Assembly (NCBI RefSeq): GCF_000485595.1
Contig: NW_014577068.1
Span: forward strand, 1,283,761 to 1,317,329
DNA length: 33,569 nucleotides
Direction of reading: 5' to 3'
Origin: Priapulus caudatus
Taxonomy: Eukaryota
Shown: piece by piece, positions 21,828 to 33,569 of the stretch
How positions within the stretch are numbered: the first letter of the stretch is position 1
Layout: every line of letters starts with the position of its first letter
Program-made: the position numbers and the translations under genes
Notes under the pieces: generated by a model
The model's input: only the letters and a program-made list of their open reading frames with translations
Told to the model about the DNA's origin: nothing
Databases searched by the model: none

Positions 21828-23499
21828 GACTGTTAATTATGTCTAGTAAAAAATACGAGTAAAGAAGGAGAGGAAAGTGAAAAATGACAGGAATGCTTTT
21901 AGAGCAATTATGACCACAGGAAGCAACACACGTCTGTGGTTACAAACCCTATACTACGTGGTCTTTGCTAAAAGAGACCCCCATGTCGAATATTGCTCAG
22001 CCTGGTTTAAAATAGGAGTGTCGTGTCATTAAAACAATACAAGGTCTATATGTTCTAATAGAACCAATGTTACTAGGTAGGTATTCAACCCTATGTCTGG
22101 CTTTCATAAATCGAGTGCAATGAATTTTCTATCATCCGTAGATTGCAGATGCAAGCTCTGCTGTGCTGTGTGACTCACCCTTGCTATGAAAGGGTGATGG
22201 TTCTGCCTTAGTGCTATCAAACATTCCCCTTCCTTTTATGTATCATAACAGTTTGCGAATATATTACGAGAGGTACGTATTTGCCAAGTGGGCTTACCAA
22301 TCCATCTACCAAGAATTTGAGCCGATTGTGATACATATGATATAGGTTACCCACCATACAGTAATAGCATGAAATTCAACATAAATGCTTACGGTTTTCA
22401 TTTTGCTGTAACGACTCCAGTGTCTACTTGTGAAATTACAGAGCTCACATGGGCACTTGCTTGATTGTGGAATGTGTAAATGATTATTTTTGTCGTATTT
22501 GTTATTCGATGTTATCCACTACTAAACATTATATTAAATAAAATACGTGGCCCTTGTTTAGAATGCTGACCAAAGCATCAGAGCGTTGGAAAAATGGTCT
22601 ATGTCCATTCGTTATAGATGGAAATTATGGGTAATTTTTTGTTAAGTTAGATTTCTTTGGAGATAATGCGTAAGCCGGTGATAAAAGAAAATGAATCTGG
22701 CTATAGGTTGCGTATATTGAGAGAATGTATGCACACTCCCTACGCTACGCTCGCCCTTCCCCTTCAGGTTATAAAAGCCTGTGGCCACGAATACAACCCA
22801 AACAGTATTTCAAGTTTTTAATCAAGAACCAGGCTTATTTCAGATTAATGACAGTTGGATCTAATTTAATCAAGATTAGCCCAGCTATATAAAACACTGT
22901 GATTCTAAGTTCTTCCTGAGTGTTCAATGGAGTTATATCTAATTTCAAAGAAAATCATTATACACGGTAAAATAGTGTTATAACTATATCAATAACAAAA
23001 CGTCATGTATAAATGTTCGTTGATATTGCTGGTAAATACAAAATAATTAGTGCAACCCAGTTAATAATCACGAGATTCAGATCAGAATCTCTTGCCAGTC
23101 TTGAAACATATTAGATATTTATTAACAGTATCAAGCATGTTGTTCACCGATGTGGCTTTTGAGAGAATACCAGTATAGTCATATTATTATGCTCTCCTTC
23201 AAGTAAACACGTTCTCATTTACTCCAGCGAACATTTATAACATTGCTTTGCTGTTTTGCCGCACGGTTATTTATTTTCTCGTTCGATTTCTTACTGTCCT
23301 AATAGAACCTAACTTGGCCGCCACTTCTGTGCAAGAAATATGACAGTTTCCTAACCTGCTTGCATTGATCTGGTTGTTTGATTATCATCGTGTGTATTTG
23401 GGCTTTTGGAATAGTGGACCATGACAAAATAACGTATACGCGAGTACACACGCGCGCACTCGCACGCCCTTACGCACGCACCTACGCACGCATGTACAA

Positions 23500-25700
<2,201 letters not shown>

Positions 25701-25730
25701 AACAGTAAGGTAAAAATGAGCATATCCATT

Positions 25731-25839
25731 AATATACGTATATATATATATATATATAATATATATATATATATATTATATATATATAATATATATATTC
25801 ACATTAATGGATATGCTCACGTAGTAACATATCTACTCT

Positions 25840-25879
<40 letters not shown>

Positions 25880-25906
25880 CGTGCGTACGTACGTATGTGC
25901 GTGTGT
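25731..25906. repeat. (TA)n and (GT)n microsatellites
   Basis: Directly visible. Confidence 0.93.
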
Positions 25907-27728
25907 CTGCACCCAATTGAATGCAATCTTATAGGTAAGAACAATTATATCTATTCCCAATAAAACGCCCATAAAATGAATAAATGTCGCAATTTCTGAC
26001 TTTTCTTTTTACTGTTATCTTCAGTATTAAATTTAACCTGTCTTTTAGAACGTAACCTTTATAATTATGAGATGATTTTCTTAAATCGAATTCTTCCTAC
26101 AGCTGCCATCAGTTATCACTGTAATATAAATGTTTGTTTTTAGTGAGAAGTCTTTCGATATCAATATGGAATTTGGTTTAAATCATTGGTCCTAAATTAC
26201 AGTGATTATTTCCAGATAGATCTTCGGTTTATTATTATTATTCATATGTGAAAGTATATTTGTTTTGTAAAGCAATGTGAGGTTATATGAAAATGTTTGC
26301 AAATGGCCAGAAAATATAGTCTCACAAAGACACATCAATGTTTCAACATTCCATTCTATGGTGATGTGTTATGATTTTGATAGTATATTTACTAATGATG
26401 AAAGGAATTTAGCACAGATTATCATGTTGGTGTGAGGACATTAGGCTAAATGTTATTGTAAGGACAAACGTATTAATCAAGCTTATTTATATACCTCTGC
26501 AGTTGCGTCTAAATACAACAATTTTTGTCAATACTGGGTTTATTAATTTTTAATATAGGCAGTGTTGTCATACAATCATCAGAATTCACCCATTACGTCT
26601 ACAGATGCAGTCGTACTGAATATCTGTGCATCTCTTACGGCACTCACATGTCTCGCTTTATAAAAAAAAAAGTAATTCTAACCTATTGTTCTGGTTTCTA
26701 TATGAACTTTATGATGCGGTTTATTCAGGTCAGGTAGGAATCGCTCTTGTCTAGATTTCTGTTTGTGATGAGAGCTTTTAGCAAAGAATGAATGCACGGC
26801 CTCCGTCTCCTTCACACAACTCACCAACGTAACGACGTCACGCCCGGCGTTTCCGAGCTACCATGCACCTAGTATATAGGCAGTATGTCTAGGATGGTGT
26901 TGAAAGTACATATAGCAGTGATGAAAATGGTACAAGATATTGTTCTGTGCACGAGTGATAGTATTGTTGTATTAGATCGGCGCATTGCGAAGTCAAATAA
27001 GAGCCGGATATCAAGTGGCCGATAAACTGTGTTTTGACATTGTCTTACATTTCTTATGGGTCACTCTTATTTTTGAGTCTTTACATCAAATAGAAAATTA
27101 GTCCCTGTATAAGAAAATTGTGTCTAGCTATTGAGATACCTTGTAGGCATGCCTATACTTCAGTAGGTCTATTATAGTATTTGCACCCGCGTAACCATCG
27201 TGTCATTACAGTGTCTACGCGACGCTAACTAGTAACTACCTACTTTTAAAGATTGCGTGGTCAGCAAGGGAAGGGAGGACTACCGTTTATAGTGTAATAT
27301 CATGAAGTTGACTTCCTGCCGTGTGTTTGTGTAGCTGGTGTGGTTGCCTAACAAGAATTACTAAACGTGAAACATTTTACTCGAATTTCTAGCGTATAGC
27401 TGTACAATTCCTTAAAGGAATTAACAAGATTTTTATTGTTTGTTTATAACAAAGTTTGCTTGCCTTTTAATGTCCCCGGTGCTTGATGTGTCACAAAACC
27501 TTTAGTAGGATGCTACCATACATCCATAGTACATGACATCATCGTATCCTTATAAGATTCTTACTACTGGTATGACTGACTACACATTCATCTGCCATAT
27601 CGTCCTAAGCTTATAACTGCATATATATACGTCTATGTAATATGCAATAAATACTCTTATCTCATAGCCCCCGTAAAAGCTGATGTGTATAGTTAAAATA
27701 TCCTGGCCTATTTCAAAATCCACACACT

Positions 27729-27744
27729 TACGCACGCATAAACA

Positions 27745-27815
<71 letters not shown>

Positions 27816-27830
27816 TCGCACGCACGCACC
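27729..27830. repeat. (GCAC)n microsatellite
   Basis: Directly visible. Confidence 0.96.
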
Positions 27831-28283
27831 CACATATATTCAGGTAAATATTTACACATATACGCCTACTCGTATTTTACAGCATTGTACAAACTTTTGA
27901 TTATGTGTAGTTCAGGTCATAATCAAGCTTGAGTATTCTTAACCCGTGCAAGTTGCTTGGTATACTTTCCCTAGGAAATTGGAAGCCTACTAGGTTATTG
28001 TAGCTATGTGCAATGTCAAATGGCCGAGCAGAGGGAGACATGTTATTTGACGTGATTTTATTTGCTCATTGGCCCCGCCACTAAAACATTGATACAGCTG
28101 TATTCGTGTACCTCGACGTAGTCAACTTGTTACGATACTCACAGGATTCGGAATAAACCGTCACTTAATATATAATATTCACTGTATCATACTATAATAA
28201 TAACATATTTTTCTATACGTTAAGAAAATATTCACGCACCCTTTCCAAGACATGTAACACGTTAATGTAATGTTGTCTAGAAT

Positions 28284-28416
28284 AAATCTGTAAATATATC
28301 TAAGGAGTCTCGTGTGAAGCTAATGTAAGGTGTAAGAAGTGTAATATATAAAATCTGTAAATGCATCTCTAATAAGTCTCGTGTAAAGCTATTATAAGGT
28401 GTAAGGAGTGTAGTAC
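28284..28416. repeat. Two-copy tandem duplication of a ~67-bp unit
   Basis: AAATCTGTAAAT...AGTCTCGTGT.AAGCTA.T.TAAGGTGTAAG.AGTGTA starts at 28284 and 28351. Confidence 0.9.
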
Positions 28417-29675
28417 AACATCATGAAGGTTCTTACATCAAGCATATAGATATTGAGAAGAAGTTCTCATTGGTTCTCCTGATACAACTTTCTTTAGTTA
28501 GGAAATATGAACTAGGTATGTATGTTTATAAGTGTACATCCTAAGAGCAAATGTGTAACGAATCAATCACCGAGGTAAATACGGCGAGAATCAAACCTCT
28601 GATAAATATGTTTCATCTCTTAAAAATACAATCGGAAATTATAGATATGTGTGGTAAGGCAATATTATAATACGTAGTTGTTTACTTTTCTGCATAAAAT
28701 TTTGCAGCCCGTTTGGCTTTCGCTTTCTGCGTTATCTACATTGCATCGTGTACGTCTAGAACTAGTTTTTGTTACCCCTTATCACGTCCCATCATCTCCT
28801 TAGTTCCTTCAGCCGATTTACTTAATAATGTGCATCCTATTACTACAGCCTTATGTCTATTTTAAGAATTCTTTTGGCGCTTTTAGGTTTAGTTTCGAAA
28901 GGGTTACCTAAGCTTGCTGCAGGTGTAACAATATAGGTACGACATCCGCGAAAAAGGTGTGGTTGTTTGTTGAGAATGAATTGGCAAGCGAACGCGAGTA
29001 TTGTCAGAGCTGACTAAAAGCCACTGGCTATAGTAGCTATTCCGTAACGCAAGCAGTTGCGGGTTATGTGTAACTTAAGGAAACTAGAAAGGTTTTGTAA
29101 GTGATTGTTCAGTCAACTTATTTATATATAAATGAAGAGGAGTATCTGAACTTATTCTCGTTCATTGCGTGTCGTGTAGGATTTCCCGATCTTAAAGACA
29201 TTGTGAAATAGTTCGAAATTAAGGTGTCAGTTGCTGTGTAGCGGTTTAACTTCTTGCATTTATTACAAAAGAATAAACACGGTATGTTGCTCAGGATCAA
29301 GCAAGGTTAACCCATATCAAATTCAAAATAGCGACATACCTAGACTATTTTAGTAACATAGTTCTATACAAGTGAGAGACTGTTTGTATGACGCATTCTA
29401 CCAATTTGTAATTAGAACAAGTGACATTGATTCTGGCTCTGATTCTGGGTGGGTCAAATCCCACCTCGGCAAATGCTTTATTTGTTTACTTTTGGACTGT
29501 TTAGTATGTACTTCTGCCGTATTCACCGTTAATTTCAAAATTTTTATTTTTTTACTATATTTAAACGTTTAGTAAAAATCCAGAATAAACTATGGTAGAT
29601 GATAATGATAGCGCAAACTGACGGGAACACTTCACGGAAGCTTATGTAGGTTACATATCAAATATTATTATATTT

Positions 29676-30038
29676 TCTATATAATTTCATTCTATTATTT
29701 AACCTTTTGTGACTTTTTTATTTTAATGACTGATCTTTTGATTTCTTATTATTTTTTACTGTTGGGATGGGATGGGATGGCATGCGATGGGATGGGATGG
29801 GATGCGATGAGATGGCATGCGATGGGATGGGATTGGATATGGGATGGGATGGGATGGGATGCGGTGCGATGGGATGGGATGGGATGGGATGGCATGGAAT
29901 GCGATGGATGGATGGATGCATGCATGGATGCATGGATAGATAGATAGCTCGATTTCTTGGGTATTTTCCTTTCAACCAAGCGGTCACCAACTGAGTAACG
30001 CCACTGATTTCTCCGGGCAACGCCGGGTATCCCGCTAG
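29676..30038 (+). mobile_element. Non-autonomous Helitron, 3' terminus clear, 5' end unresolved; carries a (GGGAT)n/(GGAT)n/(GATA)n microsatellite
   Basis: GC-rich hairpin CCGG-GCAACG-CCGG (30013-30026), 8-nt spacer, CTAG (30035-30038), then T: the canonical Helitron 3' signature. The start coordinate (TCTATATAA at 29676) is a guess. Confidence 0.6.
29764..29948. repeat. (GGGAT)n pentanucleotide grading into (GGAT)n and (GATA)n
   Basis: Directly visible. Confidence 0.95.
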
Positions 30039-31228
30039 TACATTATAAAGGTCAATTACTTTCTCAAGTACGAGGCACATATTTTAAGCAAAGGTTGGGG
30101 TTCCAACAGCACAAATTTGTGATTTGTCCTGATATCCGGAATAGATATTCTGAAGATTCAGGAATTGTAATACAACATCGAGAGTCCACTACCCAGAGAA
30201 CAACAAAAAACATTTTTGCAGATACGCCATTGTATGTTTGAGTTCTCGGTGCATATGTTGCATCAACCATTTCAATGTTTTATTCTGTCAGTTTCTCGTT
30301 CAAATAGATAAAGATAGCAATGAAGGAGAAATTGCCTATTCTCGATGAATTTTATGCGTTTTCTCACTGCGCCATCTAACAGTTCTGTTCATCTAAAGAA
30401 CCCTAGTAATATAAAAAATTATAAGCTGTAGCTTTTCACGCATATACGTACGTGAGCCCATCGCTAGGGGTGTATAGCGCCAGCGCCCGTCAATGACGCT
30501 TCTCTACATCGTATTTTGCTGTGATCGGGCCTCCCGATACCGGCTTTCTAAGCATCTGCCCCCATCTCTTGTCTCCCGGTATTACGCGAACACACCTCTC
30601 CTTTCCTTTGCGTGTTCTGAGATAAAGTTAGCGTGGTGATATCGTTGGCGGAAAGACCACACCGTCCGAAACCCGTCCCGTCACCAACATCACAGTTGTA
30701 TATGTATTAATTACTTATACTTGCGGCAAAACTGACTACCACGGGCCGTGTTGTGCCTGCTTGATATTATGCACTATTTATGTTGACAAAGTTAAGTTAA
30801 AACTGCGAACTGGCTTGTACTGGACGGAATATTCATTTATATAGGTTATGTAAGAGTTTGGTTTATATATACATGAAAGCGGCATGTTATAACATGGCGG
30901 TGTATATATAATAGTACCAACTTACTACTCTGACAGTAGTTACGAAATGTTGCATTTTGTACAGTTTTTCAAATTTATGACATTGCTTCAGAGAGAAATT
31001 GCAGAAATGCTGCTATTTTGTGTGTGGTTATGAATTGACAATCAATGAATGTATCTGTGCTTTAAGATGTAGCACTGATTCATTTATAGTATCTGGGCAA
31101 CGAAACTGGAATTTGGAAACCGTGTCTCTTGATCGGTGCGCTATCGCGTTCTTATGTACAAACACAAGTTACTGGTTCCCGTACACGCACACGGCACGTA
31201 CACTTCACATAATATAGACGCTTAGACG

Positions 31229-31440
31229 CGCACACGCACACGCACACGCACACGCACACGCACACGCACACGCACACGCACACGCACACGCACACGCACA
31301 CGTACACCCGAACACAAAAAAGTACGCACACCGCACACACGCGCACGCACACACACACACATACACGCATATGCACACACACGCACGCACGCACGCACGC
31401 GTATTCATATACACGCGCGCACACGCGCAAACATGCTCAC

Positions 31441-31488
<48 letters not shown>

Positions 31489-31595
31489 ACGCACACGCAC
31501 ACGCACGCACGCACACACGTCCACACGCACGCACGCAGCAACCACACACGCCCATCACAGCACACCACACACACACACACAGCGACACAGCACAC
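31229..31595. repeat. (GCACAC)n / (CA)n / (GCAC)n compound microsatellite
   Basis: Directly visible. Confidence 0.95.
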
Positions 31596-31826
31596 GCTGT
31601 CCATAACCCATTCCTGTTTTATCCGGCATAGCATCCGCACAATATTACAGGCGATATAGTTTTTTGTCACCGATACGCTTGCCATCTGAGCAAGCGTAAG
31701 AATTTCCAGCAATTTTCGCATTTGGATTTCGTGTTTGCGCCCCATTCTCGGGAAGGAGAAGTCTGATTGTACATGCACTGGCCTGTAACACGACGACATG
31801 TTGGTTCATGTACGAATCTGAAGTAA

Positions 31827-32508
31827 AGTTACACAATCAACCATAATAGTTGCCATGCATACAGTTACATAACAGCAATCAAACAATTGCTGCATTGCTA
31901 TACAACGCAGCAGAATCAACGTTACTTGGCTACATATGTTTACAACAACACGAGCTATCAATATTACTGTGGCTACAAATAGTTCACAACACAGCTATCA
32001 AATATTACTTGTGGGCTACACTAGTTACACAAACAGAGCTATCAATATTGACTTGGCTACACAGTTACAGCACAACAGCAGCTATCAAATATTGAGCTTG
32101 CTACCATAGTTACCACAACACAGCTATGCAATATTACTTGCTACAATAGCTAACACAACAAGCTATCAAATATTACTTGCTACATAGTTACACCAATAGC
32201 AGCTATCAAATTATTACTTGGCCTACATAGTTTTACAGGACGCACAGATACAGCTATCAAATATTCTTGCGTATACATAGTTACACAACACAGCTATCAA
32301 ATATTACTTGCTACATAGTTACACAACACAGCTATCAAATATTACTTGCTACATAGTTACACAACACAGCTATCAAATATTACTTGCTACATAGTTACAC
32401 AACACAACTATCAAATATTACTTGCTACATGGTTATGCAACACAGCTATCAAATATTACTTGCTACATAGTTACACAACACAGCTATCAAATATTACTTG
32501 CTACATAG
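31827..32508. repeat. 38-bp minisatellite, roughly 17 units
   Basis: Unit TTACACAACACAGCTATCAAATATTACTTGCTACATAG. Six near-perfect head-to-tail copies at 32281-32508, with increasingly indel-ridden copies leftwards. Confidence 0.95.
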
Positions 32509-33511
32509 CTAGATTTGTATTATGTACCACAAAAGTGCCAGCCTTTCTATGAAAATCGAGAGGGTCGAATTTGCGCGATCTTGCTCTTGGTTTAACCAAT
32601 CGGTATGCCGTGGTTATATCATATCTATAGAAGCTGGGAAGCTCTGTCACGAGCGTTCACTTAACTCCACTACAAGGTGTTTGCATGTATCGTACATGCA
32701 ATTCCAATTCAAAACTGTATGTTTGTGAGCTTATACCTCTGCCCTAATACGACTACAATACACAGGCACGGATGTAAAGATAAGCAAAATCATGGTGATT
32801 TTAAGCACACTTATTTTAAAATACTGCTAATACTAAATCTAACTTGATGTTAGCGATTGTTGTAATAGTTTTAGTGGTTGTTGCAACAGGTTTCGGGCGC
32901 ATCAACTCGACACAAATATTAAATACTGAACTTCTATGAAATAATACAAACTGAACTTCCAGCTATATCCGCGCAGAATTTTTGTATCTTTTAAAGGGTT
33001 CAATTACTATATATATAATGGCTGCATAGCGTCTGGCTATTTAATCATGTTTCGCTATTTTACGGTAGATAGTAGCCACTGCCGTACAAAAAACTCTGTG
33101 AAGGTAATAGCGGCAATATTTGAAACAACAAAATATATGCTGGTCATACTAAAAGTGTCGTTATTATATGTAAGTATATTTCATGTCAGTTGATTATATA
33201 TGGTCGCAAGCTCGGCAAAAAGCAACACGTGACAATTCGTACCAGTGACTGCAGAGTAGTTGCAATTTTACTTTGATATATCCGAGTTATACCAATAAAA
33301 CTATCAGACATAATAAATATATTGCGTGATAGGCTTGGTGATATTAAACTGCATGAGCGGAGCCTCGAGGCAGTGACCTGACATCATTTCAATATCACGC
33401 AGTCATTGGACCATTCATTGTTGGGGTAAATTTCGCTCGTATTTAGCTGACCAAACGCTCTCTATCTAAAACAGGGATAAATAGGCAATGTATATGCTGT
33501 ATTATGAGGAA

Positions 33512-33569
33512 ACGCACGCACGCACGCACGCACGCATATATATATATATCTAGTGAGTGTGTGTGTGTG
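33512..33569. repeat. (GCAC)n, (TA)n, (GT)n microsatellites running off the window end
   Basis: Directly visible. Confidence 0.93.

Noticed and set aside
22175..22197. TCACCCTT/AAGGGTGA hairpin as Helitron end or terminator
   Set aside because: No CTRR at the expected spacing; a short stem expected by chance.
31827..32508. CRISPR-like 38-bp periodicity
   Set aside because: Units are head-to-tail with no unique spacers, no cas genes, eukaryotic context.

Overview
Eukaryotic, AT-rich, microsatellite-dense and largely non-coding DNA, most likely from an invertebrate animal draft assembly (N gaps at 7593-7602 and 14479-15226). There is no complete gene, RNA gene, CRISPR array or prokaryotic system. 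Almost all ORFs in the track are simple-repeat or gap artefacts. The best-supported structure is a nested transposon complex at 3326-5710. It is a 5'-truncated, decayed L2/Crack-like LINE on the minus strand, with RT motifs GVSQGTLLGPLLF and YADDT and an AATAAA+(TAA)n tail. Its ORF2 is split by a 362-bp CAGGG...CCCTG MITE with an exact 5-bp target-site duplication, and its duplicated 3'UTR carries a second 287-bp MITE. Other elements are a Helitron-type 3' terminus (30038), a fold-back with a slipped hexamer arm (15796-15914), a 32-bp minisatellite becoming a dimeric higher-order repeat, a 38-bp minisatellite and a 2.2-kb polypurine tract. Two orphan exon candidates lie at 19849-19980 (+) and from 13603 (-). 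Several CpG-rich, motif-dense islands and a divergent CTCF-like cluster hint at the regulatory landscape of a developmental gene. I found no convincing novel biological system; the findings are mainly mobile-element and repeat-evolution observations.
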